From Candidatus Sericytochromatia bacterium (lineage in GTDB: Bacteria; Cyanobacteriota; Sericytochromatia; S15B-MN24; JAQBPE01), in assembly GCA_035285125.1 (NCBI GenBank), contig JAYKHR010000019.1, positions 1 through 41,002 on the forward strand: a DNA stretch of 41,002 nucleotides. Reading direction: 5' to 3'. This document shows, piece after piece, positions 8,629 through 17,414 of this stretch. Position 1 is the stretch's first letter. Every line of letters starts with the position of its first letter. Below the pieces are notes generated by a model. It had not been told where the DNA came from and did no database searches. It was given only the letters and a program-made list of their open reading frames with translations. The translations under genes and the position numbers were made by a program.

Positions 8629-10544
8629 CCGTGTCCTGGTCCGAGCGTGTGAGCCGCGGGCTCGAGCTGTCCATTTATGCCGCCCTGCCGGTGGCGGTGC
8701 TGGGGCCTGCCCTGTACATGCCCCGGGTGCTCGACGATCCCCTGCGGACGGGGGCCGAGTGGGCCGTCGTCGTGGCGGCCTGGGCCCTGGTGCTGCTCTG
8801 CGCGGGGGCTCGGGCCTTCCGGGGAGACGTGCCCTTCGCGGCGCGCGCGGGGGCTGCGCCGTGGCTGCTGGCGTTCGCGGGGTGGACGGTGGTGGCCGCC
8901 CCGCTGGCGCGCCACCCCGGGGTGCACCTGGCCCTGGCGATGACGGTGGTGCCGGTGCTCCTGGCCATCGTGGCCCTCGGCGGCTGGATCGCGGAGGCGC
9001 CGCGCCGCCGCGCCCCCTGGACGATGGGGTGGCTCAGCGCGTTGCTCGGGTTGGAGGTCGGCCTGGCCGGCCTGCAGGGCCTCAAGGTGCCCCTGAAGGC
9101 CCTGGTCGACCACGTCCCGCGCGAGGGGCTGCTGGACGGCCTGCTGTATGCGATCGAGGCGCCCTACAAGGTCGGCGTGGTGCAGGCCGGCCTGGGCAAC
9201 CCGAATTTCCTGGCCGAGCTGCTGGTGTTGCTGGTGCCCGTGGTGGTGGGCCTCGCGTGGGGCTCCGCGAGCCGCTTCGGAAGGGCGCTCGGCCTGGTCC
9301 TCGGCGCCGCCGGGATCTGGGTGCTGGTGATGACGGCCGCGCGGGCCGCCTTTGTGGGGCTCCTGGCCGCTGCGGTGGTGGCCCTGCTGGTCGGCGGGCT
9401 GGCGCGCCGCCGAGCTGGCTTGGCCGGGCTGCCCGGAGGCCTCGGCTGGTCGCTCGCGCTCGGGGCCGCAGGGCTCCTGGCCGTCGCGGCTGTCGGCGGG
9501 CCTTTGCTCGCCAAGCTCGCGCAGGCCGGGGCCGCGGACATCAACATCACCTCCCGGCTGGGCAACTGGGCCGTGGCGGCCTCCGCCTGGCTGAGCTCCC
9601 CCGTGTGGGGTGTGGGGCTCGGCGGCTTCGCGGCCGATGCGCCCCGCTGGCTCCTCGCCGCGCACCCCGGTGGCCTCAATGAGGCGATGTCGGTGTCGCA
9701 GTTCCTCGAGGTCCATAACGAGCCCCTGCAGGTGTTGCTCGAACTCGGCGTCGTGGGTGCCGGGCTGCTGGGGTTCGCCGCCTGGCGGTGGGAGCGTGGC
9801 CTCCACGGCGCTGGCGACCAGCCCCTCGCTTGGCGTCTGGGGCTGCTCGCCGGGGTGGTGGGCCTTGGCGTCGCGGGCCTGGCTGGGTTCCCGGGGCACG
9901 TGCCCGTCACCGCCTGGGCGCTGGCGCTCGCGGTGGCGCTGGGCCTGGGCTTGCCCGGCCTCGCGGAGGCCCCTCCCAGCCGCCTGCCTGCGCGGCTCGC
10001 GGTGCCCTACGGCCTGGCCGTCGTCATCGTGCTGGCCGGCACCGGCTGGCTGACGCTGGCCCGGGGGGTCGGGGCCGAGTGGTGGGCCAGCCATGAGGTC
10101 TACCTGATGAAACGGCTGCAGCGGCGCGACCCGCACGCTCCCGGCATCGTGCTGCTCGGGGCCGCCGCGGCGGACCACACCCGCATCAAGGAACGCGTGG
10201 TGCCCCTCGTGCTGGTGGAGCTCGGGCGGCGTCGGGAGTTCGACGCGCTGCTCGCGCTGCACGACCGCCACGTCGCGGCGGGGCTGGGCTTCGACTCCTC
10301 GCTCCAGCGGGGCCAGGCGTTGCAGGCCTCGGGCCGCAAGGCCGAGGCCCTTCCCATCCTGCGCGAGGTCGCCACCTTCTACCACCCGGCGACCCGCCAG
10401 CACCGCAAGGCCGCGAGGCTGCTCGGCCGCATGGACCAGCCCGACCCCCGGGCGGCCGAGGCGGAGGCCCTCCGCAAGGCCCGCGAGGCCTCCGAAGACG
10501 AGAACGGCCAGGTCGAGGGCGTCATCGGCGGGCCGCGTCGGTAG
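8625..10544 (+). CDS. O-antigen ligase / O-oligosaccharyltransferase-like (Wzy_C-type) membrane protein with C-terminal TPR-like region
   Basis: Many TM segments; GNPNFLA, ARAAFVG, SRLGNW, PVWGVGLGGF, VHNEPLQVLLELGVVG; GTGA overlap with the TPR gene. Confidence 0.8.
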   Translation: MTVSWSERVSRGLELSIYAALPVAVLGPALYMPRVLDDPLRTGAEWAVVVAAWALVLLCAGARAFRGDVPFAARAGAAPWLLAFAGWTVVAAPLARHPGVHLALAMTVVPVLLAIVALGGWIAEAPRRRAPWTMGWLSALLGLEVGLAGLQGLKVPLKALVDHVPREGLLDGLLYAIEAPYKVGVVQAGLGNPNFLAELLVLLVPVVVGLAWGSASRFGRALGLVLGAAGIWVLVMTAARAAFVGLLAAAVVALLVGGLARRRAGLAGLPGGLGWSLALGAAGLLAVAAVGGPLLAKLAQAGAADINITSRLGNWAVAASAWLSSPVWGVGLGGFAADAPRWLLAAHPGGLNEAMSVSQFLEVHNEPLQVLLELGVVGAGLLGFAAWRWERGLHGAGDQPLAWRLGLLAGVVGLGVAGLAGFPGHVPVTAWALALAVALGLGLPGLAEAPPSRLPARLAVPYGLAVVIVLAGTGWLTLARGVGAEWWASHEVYLMKRLQRRDPHAPGIVLLGAAAADHTRIKERVVPLVLVELGRRREFDALLALHDRHVAAGLGFDSSLQRGQALQASGRKAEALPILREVATFYHPATRQHRKAARLLGRMDQPDPRAAEAEALRKAREASEDENGQVEGVIGGPRR

Positions 10545-10601
10545 CCGCCGCTGCGCCCGTTGCGTTACACTGGCTCGTCCCGCTCTCACCCGGAGGTCCG
10601 C

Positions 10602-11198
10602 TTGCAGCCCGCCCGCGCCGTTGCCCACCTCGCCTTGCTCGTCGCGCCCCTGGCCGTGATGATCGCCAAGGCCCCCCCGGCCGTCTCGCTGACGCTTGAC
10701 GAGCGCGTCGAGCAGGCCGTGGCCTACATGCGGCTCAAGGTGCCCGATGCCCACCAGGCCTTCGGCCCCATCCTCGCGCAGGAGCCCGACCACCGGCGGG
10801 CCAACTTCGCCGCCGGGATGGCGGCCGTGGACGCCCGGCGCCCCGCCGAGGCCGAGGAGCACTTCCGCAGGGTGTTGAAGACCGACCCGAGCGACACGGA
10901 GGTCCTGCTGTCGCTTGGCGCGCTGTGCCAGGAGCAGGGCCGCACCGAGGAAGCCCGGGCCATCTACACGCGGCTGCGGGCCCAGCGCCCGGATGACGCC
11001 CGCGTGCTGTACAACCTTGCCCTGCTCGCGCTGCGCAGCGGGCAGGAGCGCGAGGCGCTCGGCCACCTCGAGGCTTACCTCAAGCTGCCGGGCGGCGACG
11101 CCCGGCGGGTGGCCGTCGCGCAGACCGTCGTGCAGCTGCGCACCAAGCTGGGGCTGCCCGTGAACGCGGCCACCGGCACCGCAGGAGCCCCCCGATGA
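10602..11198 (+). CDS. Exported or membrane-anchored TPR protein (cassette 2)
   Basis: GGAGG 10592-10596 before TTG 10602; hydrophobic N-terminus; TPR repeats (AEEHFRRVLKTDPSDTEVLLSLG, VLYNLALL); paralog of 8050-8628. Confidence 0.75.
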   Translation: MQPARAVAHLALLVAPLAVMIAKAPPAVSLTLDERVEQAVAYMRLKVPDAHQAFGPILAQEPDHRRANFAAGMAAVDARRPAEAEEHFRRVLKTDPSDTEVLLSLGALCQEQGRTEEARAIYTRLRAQRPDDARVLYNLALLALRSGQEREALGHLEAYLKLPGGDARRVAVAQTVVQLRTKLGLPVNAATGTAGAPR

Positions 11199-13117
11199 CC
11201 GAAGTCGCCGCACCCCTCGAGCGCCCCGAGGCGCAGCCCGACTCTCCCGCTGCCCGGGCAGCGGCCTTCCTGGACCGCTGCTTCGGCCCATTGCTGGCCT
11301 TTGCCATGCTGGGGACGGTCTTCGCCCTGCCCAGGTTCCTCGACGATCCGTTCAAAATCGGGGCGGAGGCATTTGCCGTTGCCATGGCCTGGGTGCTGGC
11401 GACGGTGGGGCTGTGCACGCAGGCCCTGCGGGGCGAGGGCCTGGCGGGGCCGGTCCCACGTGAGCCCGCCTGGTGGCTGCTCGCGGCCTTCGGCGGCTGG
11501 GTGGCGGCTTCCTCGCTTTGGGCGCCCCACCCCGCGCTGCATGCCCGCTTCGGCCTGACGGTGGCCGCCTACCTGCTGGCCGGGCACGCGGTGCTCGCCT
11601 GGATTGCCCGCTCTCCGGCCACGCGCAGGGTGCAGGCCGTCGGCCTCCTCGGCGCGTTGACGGCGCTGCAGAGCCTGCTGGGCCTGCTGCAGTGGGGCAA
11701 GGTGCCCATCAACGCGCTGTCGTCGCTCGGCCCCGTCGGCAGCCTCTGGGAAGGCGCCACGCTCGCGCTTGGCGCCCCGAGCCGCATGGCCACGCCGATG
11801 GGCTCGTTCGGCAACCAGAACTACCTGGCGGAGTGCCTGGCCCTGACGGTGCCCATCGTGCTGGGCTTCAGCCTGACGCGGGACGACCGCCGCACCCGGC
11901 TCCTCGGCCTCGGCCTCAGCGCCTTCGGCTTCACCATCTTGCTGGCCTGCTCCACGCGGGCCGCGACGCTTGGCCTGGTCGTGGGCGGGGCCGCCGCGCT
12001 CGTTGCCACGGGGGCGGGGGGCAGCCTGCTGGCAGCCCTGCGCCCGAAGGACGCCCGGGGCTGGCTCGTGCGGGCGGTGGCACTCGTGGTCGTGGCCCTC
12101 GGGGTGTCGGTGGCCGGCGCCAACCTGTACGCCAAGACCAAGGCCGGGCTCACCTCGGCGGACGCCAACATCGCCTCGCGGCTGGGAAACTGGCAGGTCG
12201 GGGCCCACATGGTCACGGAGCGGCCCCTCACGGGGGCCGGCCTCGGTGGCTGGAAGGTGGGCTCCGTGGAGGCCATGCACCGGGCGCATCCTGAAGGGTT
12301 GACTCAGGCCCTGGCGGTGGCGCGCTTTCACCAGCTGCACTCCGACCCCTTGCAGGTCTTCGTCGAGCTGGGCCTGGTGGGTGGGGGGCTCGCCGCTGCG
12401 GCCGGCCTCGCCTGGGCGCGTCGGGTGCGCCGCTCGGCCCTGCCGCGGGCGGCCCGGGCGGGGCTCTTGTGGGGCCTGACGGCCCTCCTCGTGGCCAGCG
12501 CCTTCGGCTTCCCCTTCCACGTGGCGATGAGCTCGCTCGCGCTGATCGTGGTGCTGGCCGTCGGCCTCGCGCCGGACGCGCCGGCGGAGGTTGACCCCGG
12601 CGCGGCATCGGCCTCGTGGCTGCCAGTCTACGGCGGCCTGGTCGGCACCATGATGGCGGCCGTGAGCCTCCAGGCCTACCAGCACGGCATGTGGCCGGCC
12701 TACGTGGCGAGCCACCTCCAGCACCTCGCCGAGCAGACGGAGAAGCGCGTGCCGCTCGGGCCGACGCACGGCATCCTCTATGGGGCTGCCCTGCGGGTTG
12801 ATCCCTTCAAGCCCACGCACCTGTTTGCCCGCCTCAACACGCTGCTCAAGCAGGGCAAGTTCCAGGAGGCCGCTGCCACCTTCGAGGCGCACAGGGCCGA
12901 GGGCCCGGGCAGCGACGCCATGCTGCTCTACGCCAGGTCTCTGGAGCAGCTCGGGCGGCGCGACGAGGCCCGGGACGTCTTCCACCGCGTGTGCCTGGCC
13001 TACCCGCCCGCGATGCGCAACCACCAGCTGGCGGCGCGGCACCTGGCGGGTCTTGGCGGCAAGAACCCGCGGCAGGCGGAGCTCGACGCCCTGAGCCCCC
13101 AGCAGCTTCCGCGCTGA
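11195..13117 (+). CDS. Second O-antigen ligase / O-oligosaccharyltransferase-like protein
   Basis: GNQNYLA, STRAATLG, SRLGNW, PLTGAGLGGW, LHSDPLQVFVELG; C-terminal TPR-like region; ATGA overlap with the TPR gene. Confidence 0.8.
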   Translation: MTEVAAPLERPEAQPDSPAARAAAFLDRCFGPLLAFAMLGTVFALPRFLDDPFKIGAEAFAVAMAWVLATVGLCTQALRGEGLAGPVPREPAWWLLAAFGGWVAASSLWAPHPALHARFGLTVAAYLLAGHAVLAWIARSPATRRVQAVGLLGALTALQSLLGLLQWGKVPINALSSLGPVGSLWEGATLALGAPSRMATPMGSFGNQNYLAECLALTVPIVLGFSLTRDDRRTRLLGLGLSAFGFTILLACSTRAATLGLVVGGAAALVATGAGGSLLAALRPKDARGWLVRAVALVVVALGVSVAGANLYAKTKAGLTSADANIASRLGNWQVGAHMVTERPLTGAGLGGWKVGSVEAMHRAHPEGLTQALAVARFHQLHSDPLQVFVELGLVGGGLAAAAGLAWARRVRRSALPRAARAGLLWGLTALLVASAFGFPFHVAMSSLALIVVLAVGLAPDAPAEVDPGAASASWLPVYGGLVGTMMAAVSLQAYQHGMWPAYVASHLQHLAEQTEKRVPLGPTHGILYGAALRVDPFKPTHLFARLNTLLKQGKFQEAAATFEAHRAEGPGSDAMLLYARSLEQLGRRDEARDVFHRVCLAYPPAMRNHQLAARHLAGLGGKNPRQAELDALSPQQLPR

Positions 13118-13123
13118 GCGCGG

Positions 13124-13129
13124 TACAAT
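13124..13129 (+). promoter_or_regulatory. Putative -10 box for the tRNA gene
   Basis: TACAAT 9 nt upstream of the tRNA 5' end. Confidence 0.55.
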
Positions 13130-13138
13130 CCAGACCGG

Positions 13139-13212
13139 GCCGCCATAGACCAACTGGCAGAGTCACGCGACTTAAAATCGCGCAAGTATGGGTTCGAGTC
13201 CCATTGGCGGCA
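13139..13212 (+). tRNA. tRNA-Leu(UAA), short variable arm, no encoded CCA, no intron
   Basis: Acceptor GCCGCCA/TGGCGGC plus discriminator A; D stem GAC/GTC; anticodon stem CGCGA/TCGCG with loop CTTAAAA; variable region CAAGT; T arm ATGGG-TTCGAGT-CCCAT. Confidence 0.92.
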
Positions 13213-13260
13213 CTGACGGCGGGGGCCTCTGGCTGGCGTGCCGGGCCCTCGCCGTGGGCT

Positions 13261-14100
13261 TTACAGGGAGAAGGTGCCCGCGTCGGTGGCCAGCACCCAG
13301 GGGCCCGGCAGGCCCGGCAGGACCCGGCCGAGGGCCTTGCCTTGGCGGGTCAGGCGACCTTCCGTCATACCTTGGGGCCCAAAGGTGGCCGCGAGTTGCA
13401 GCGTCGTCCCGTCGACGGAGGTGCGGAGCGACAGCTCCCCGCGGGCGAGCTCGCCGTTCGGCAGCGCCTCTGCCTCCAGGCCCTCCACCACCACCGGGCC
13501 GAGGGTGCCCACCTGGGCGAGGTCCCCTCGGCCTGCCACGATGGCGCCCTGGTCTTGCGCCGCCAGCGGGAAGACGAGGTTCACCTGGAGGCGGCCCTCG
13601 CCGGGCAGGCGTTCGCCAAGGTCGAGCCGCAGCCGGCTGGCCTCAGCAGGAAAGGTGGTCTGGTCAGCTGAACTGTAGCTTGCATCGTCAGAGACGTCCC
13701 AGGTGACGGGCTCGCCCTTGGCATTATCGAGCGTCAGCCGGATTGAACGGCCCGCGTCGCTGCCGTGGGACCACCCGCCGGCGAAGAAGCGCCACCCCTC
13801 CGCTGCCAGCAGGCTGTAGGAAGCAGGCGCCCGCCTGGTCCGGGCCGCCCGGATGCCCTCCACCTGGGGCCTGGCCGCCTTCCAGGCGGCCGCCACGGCC
13901 GCACAAACCTCCGCGCCGTTGCGCACCACCGCCCGGTGGGCGGGATCCGAGGCCTGCTCGGACGCCGTCAGAGGCGGCTGGCCTTTGCCGGCGACCCACA
14001 CGGGCAAGGTCTTCAACGCCGAGGGCTGCTCGGTGCACCCGAGCAGGGCCGAGGCGAGCAGACCGAGGAGCACGAGGGGCGGGCGGGGGGTGGCGGTCAC
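13261..14100 (-). CDS. Lipoprotein of unknown function
   Basis: GTG 14100 gives MTATPRPPLVLLGLLASALLGC (lipobox); beta-rich mature region; stop TAA at 13261. Confidence 0.65.
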   Translation of the reverse strand: MTATPRPPLVLLGLLASALLGCTEQPSALKTLPVWVAGKGQPPLTASEQASDPAHRAVVRNGAEVCAAVAAAWKAARPQVEGIRAARTRRAPASYSLLAAEGWRFFAGGWSHGSDAGRSIRLTLDNAKGEPVTWDVSDDASYSSADQTTFPAEASRLRLDLGERLPGEGRLQVNLVFPLAAQDQGAIVAGRGDLAQVGTLGPVVVEGLEAEALPNGELARGELSLRTSVDGTTLQLAATFGPQGMTEGRLTRQGKALGRVLPGLPGPWVLATDAGTFSL

Positions 14101-14262
14101 GGTACAGCGATCTGCCTCGTGGGCATAAGGGGCGCGAGGGTATGTATACCCTACTCCACACCCGTCGGCCAGCTCCGGTGTCGCTGTCACAGCCGCCCGC
14201 GAGCGACATCACTTAGGCTGGTGGCCCGCCCAGCGCGCGACCGCCGCCCCAGAGAGACGACC

Positions 14263-15786
14263 TTGAAGACCCTCCGTGTGATTCTGCTGGCCCTGGCCCT
14301 CGTGGGCGCCCCCGCCCCCGCCGCCTTCGCGGCGAACGAGCTGCCGGGCGTCGGCCCGGTGGCCCTGGCGGGTGACCTCGGGGGCGCGACCCTGGCGATT
14401 CCGGGCTATGCCGGTGCCGCCTATCGGGTCCACTGGCTGACCAATCCCTACAGGCTGGCGGTCGACCTCCGCGGGCACTGGCTGGGCGCGCCCGAGAGCA
14501 GCATCTGGCTCGGCAGCGGGCTGGTCACGCGGATCCGGGCGTCGCGCCACGGGGGCGGCCTCACGCGCATCGTCTTCGACCTTCAGGCCCCCGCCGACGT
14601 ACGCACGGAGAACCGCGGCGGGGCCCTGGTGTTCGTGGTCGTGCCGCGAGGAGGTCGGGCCCCGGCCTACGCCCCGCCCTTCGCGACTCAGATGGCCCCG
14701 CCCTACGCGGCCCCGATGGCTGCGCCCTACGCGCCGCCGTCGCAGCCCATCGCGATGCCGACGCCGCGTCCCGTGCCCTATCCAGGCTATGCGGGTTACA
14801 CGGGCTACGCCCCTTACCAGGGCTATGCCCCTGCCCCGCGGGTGACGCCGATTCCCGTCCTGCCGCCAGCCGCCTGGGGGGCTCCCCAGCCGCCTGCCAT
14901 GACGTACGCGGCCCCGCCGGTGGCTCCGCAGCCGCCCGCCATGCCGCTACCGGCCTATCCGCCGTCGGCGCCGCCAGTGGCAATGGCCAACCCTTACCCC
15001 GTGCAGGCCGCCCAGCCGATGCCCCAACCGGCCGTGCAACCAGTGCCGCCGGCGATGCCCGACAATGACGACCCCTTCGCCGACGAGGCCAAGGCCCCAC
15101 CCCGGCCCTTCTTCGGCAGCCGAGCCTACCTCGGCCCCGGCCTGGCCGTGGGCCTGTCGGAGACCTTCCCCAAGGGGGCTGCCAACATCAACGCAGGCCT
15201 GGCCCCGAACCTGGAGGCAGGCGTCGATCAGATGTTTTCGCAGATGCTCGGCATGCACGTGGGCGTTCGCCTGCAGGGCTACTCGTTCCTGGACGACCAG
15301 CTTGGTGGTGACATCAAGCGCAAGCACACCCGCGACGAGCAAGACGTGCGCCTCGGGTTCCGGACCCGCTTCGACGTCGGGGGTGGGCTGGAGGTCTTTG
15401 CGCAGCCTCAGGTGGCGCTGCGCAACGTCACGGTCGGCACGACCGTGGCCGACGCGCCTCCCGTCGAGGGCTTCAGCAAGCTCGACGAGTACCTCTCGAC
15501 GTCTCACCTGGGCTACGGTGGCGGCCTTGGCCTTGGCCTCGGCTACCCCATCAACGACACGATTGGCCTGGCCCTTGGCGGCGAGGTCAACTACTTGCTC
15601 GGCGGCGGCGGCAAGGCCGCGCAGATCTACCCCTTGCTGAACGCCGGCGGGGGCCTCGACCTGCGGTTCAACTTCTCGGGCTTTGGCCTCTGTGTCGGCT
15701 ACAAGGCCAACATGCTGTCGAATGGCGGGGTCGAGTACAACTGGCTCTCCCACGGGCCGGCGATCACTCTGGGCGCCAACTACTGA
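14263..15786 (+). CDS. AMIN-like domain + Pro-rich linker + outer-membrane beta-barrel protein
   Basis: Signal peptide MKTLRVILLALALVGAPAPAAFA; AMIN-like LTNPYRLAVDL...VTRIRAS...TRIVFDL; long Pro/Ala/Tyr linker; amphipathic strands ending ITLGANY. Confidence 0.7.
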   Translation: MKTLRVILLALALVGAPAPAAFAANELPGVGPVALAGDLGGATLAIPGYAGAAYRVHWLTNPYRLAVDLRGHWLGAPESSIWLGSGLVTRIRASRHGGGLTRIVFDLQAPADVRTENRGGALVFVVVPRGGRAPAYAPPFATQMAPPYAAPMAAPYAPPSQPIAMPTPRPVPYPGYAGYTGYAPYQGYAPAPRVTPIPVLPPAAWGAPQPPAMTYAAPPVAPQPPAMPLPAYPPSAPPVAMANPYPVQAAQPMPQPAVQPVPPAMPDNDDPFADEAKAPPRPFFGSRAYLGPGLAVGLSETFPKGAANINAGLAPNLEAGVDQMFSQMLGMHVGVRLQGYSFLDDQLGGDIKRKHTRDEQDVRLGFRTRFDVGGGLEVFAQPQVALRNVTVGTTVADAPPVEGFSKLDEYLSTSHLGYGGGLGLGLGYPINDTIGLALGGEVNYLLGGGGKAAQIYPLLNAGGGLDLRFNFSGFGLCVGYKANMLSNGGVEYNWLSHGPAITLGANY

Positions 15787-16277
15787 TGCTGCTGTGGCGG
15801 GCGCTGTCCATGGCCGGCGCGGGCGCACTGGTGCTCGGCCTTGCAGGCTGCTCGGTGGCTGGGCTGACGGGTGCGAACGCCGGGCAACCCTATGCCGTCC
15901 CCGACGCCGGTCGTCGGCTGGTTCCGCTGACGTTCCCGCAGCCGCCCGGCGCCACCAAGGCGACCTTCCGGGTCAGGAACGCCCCGGCGAACGCGAAGGA
16001 GGGCTTCGGCTACGCCGATCCGCCGCCGGACCAGACGCCCGACGGGCATGCGGCCGGGGGCGTCTGCGCGCCCGTCGCGCCAGGCACGTTCTGCGTCGAG
16101 CTGGACCCCGCGCGCTTGCCTCAAAACATCTACCTGGTCGACGTGTACCTGGACGACGACCTCGTGAACTCGCGCGGCACGGTTGCCTTCGTGGCCTCGG
16201 CGGCAGCCCAGGCCGACGCGGCGGCGTCTCCCGCGCGGGCTGGGTATAGGATGAGCGGCGCGGAGGGTACGCCCTGA
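15786..16277 (+). CDS. Small lipoprotein (Cys-x8-Cys paralog 1)
   Basis: TGATG overlap; lipobox LAGC; CAPVAPGTFC followed by LDPARLPQNIYLVDVY. Confidence 0.7.
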   Translation: MLLWRALSMAGAGALVLGLAGCSVAGLTGANAGQPYAVPDAGRRLVPLTFPQPPGATKATFRVRNAPANAKEGFGYADPPPDQTPDGHAAGGVCAPVAPGTFCVELDPARLPQNIYLVDVYLDDDLVNSRGTVAFVASAAAQADAAASPARAGYRMSGAEGTP

Positions 16278-16732
16278 TGCGCGGAACTGGAAGGCTTGTG
16301 ATGCGTTCGATCTGGCCCATGTCGTTGGCGGTGCTGCTGGTGGTGCCCGGCTGCTCGGCGCTCTCGCCCGTCGGCAAGAACGCCGCGCTGTTCCCTGCCT
16401 ACAAGGTGCCAGATGAAGCTGGGCAGGTGGAGGTGTCCTACACCCCCACGGCCGAGGACGCGGCCTCGGCCACCTTCAAGCTCAAGCTCCCGGCGGATGT
16501 GGCCGCGACGCTCGAGAACGAAGATGCCGAGATCGACGGGATTGCTACGGAATGCTCGGACGCCGAAGAGGGAGACGTCTGCGCGGTCTTCGACACCTCC
16601 GCCTTGCCCCCGGGGTTCTACCCGGTCGAGATTTTCGAGGGTGCGGAAGATCCCGCCGTGGCCACGGCCTTGGTGGTCGTGAAGAACGCCCTTGCCGCCG
16701 AGGACGCCGAGGCCAGCGGGGCCGAAGAGTGA
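16277..16732 (+). CDS. Small acidic lipoprotein (Cys-x8-Cys paralog 2)
   Basis: Lipobox-like VPGC (alternative start ATG 16301); CSDAEEGDVC followed by FDTSALPPGFYPVEIF. Confidence 0.7.
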   Translation: MRGTGRLVMRSIWPMSLAVLLVVPGCSALSPVGKNAALFPAYKVPDEAGQVEVSYTPTAEDAASATFKLKLPADVAATLENEDAEIDGIATECSDAEEGDVCAVFDTSALPPGFYPVEIFEGAEDPAVATALVVVKNALAAEDAEASGAEE

Positions 16733-16736
16733 GGCC

Positions 16737-17414
16737 GTGCCCGTGGCACCTCGCTGGCTGAGACCTGCGGAGCGGCAGGCCGTGCTGGCGGCCCTGGCCG
16801 CGCGCTATGACGGCCGCGGCACCGCGCTGGCGCACAGCAACCCGTTCGAGCTGCTCGTGGCCGTGATGCTGTCGGCCCAGACCACCGACACGATGGTCAA
16901 CGTCGTGACGGGGCCTCTGTTCGCGCGTTACCCTACCCCCGAGGCGATCGCGGCGCTGGAGCCGGAGCAGCTCAAACCCTGGATCGCGCGGATCGGCCTC
17001 GCTAACACGAAGGCCCGCCACGTCGTGGAGGCCTGCCGCCTGCTGCTCTCGCGCCACGGCGGCGAGGTCCCACGCACGCGTGAGGCCCTGATGGCCCTGC
17101 CAGGTGTGGGGCGGAAGACGGCCAACGTGATCCTCAGCAACGCCTTCGACATCCCCGCCATCCCCGTGGACACCCACGTGCACCGCGTGGCGAACCGCCT
17201 CGGCCTGGCAGACGCCGACGACGTGGCGCACACGGAGGCTGACCTGATGAAGACCATCCCCCGCCGCGCCTGGGCGGCCTCCCACCACTGGCTGATCTGG
17301 CACGGGCGCGAGGTCTGCAAGGCCCCCAAACCTCGCTGCGAGGGCTGCGTCGTCGCCTCCTGGTGCCACTGGCGGCGGGCGGTCGGACGCTGGGCCAAGC
17401 GGGTCGCGCCATGA
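16737..17414 (+). CDS. nth: Endonuclease III
   Basis: FELLVAVMLSAQTTD, HhH LPGVGRKTAN, VDTHVHR, 4Fe-4S motif C-x6-C-x2-C-x5-C; start codon approximate. Confidence 0.95.
   Translation: MPVAPRWLRPAERQAVLAALAARYDGRGTALAHSNPFELLVAVMLSAQTTDTMVNVVTGPLFARYPTPEAIAALEPEQLKPWIARIGLANTKARHVVEACRLLLSRHGGEVPRTREALMALPGVGRKTANVILSNAFDIPAIPVDTHVHRVANRLGLADADDVAHTEADLMKTIPRRAWAASHHWLIWHGREVCKAPKPRCEGCVVASWCHWRRAVGRWAKRVAP

Noticed and set aside
587..13153. Long minus-strand ORFs (587-2695, 2541-4262, 3908-5761, 5406-7073, 8544-11291, 11075-13153)
   Set aside because: Antisense shadows of motif-bearing plus-strand genes; stop codons are scarce at this GC content; translations are Arg/Gly/Pro-rich with no motifs.
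13139..14100. tRNA as an integration site for a genomic island
   Set aside because: No integrase, no repeat of the tRNA 3' end noticed, and no obvious compositional shift.
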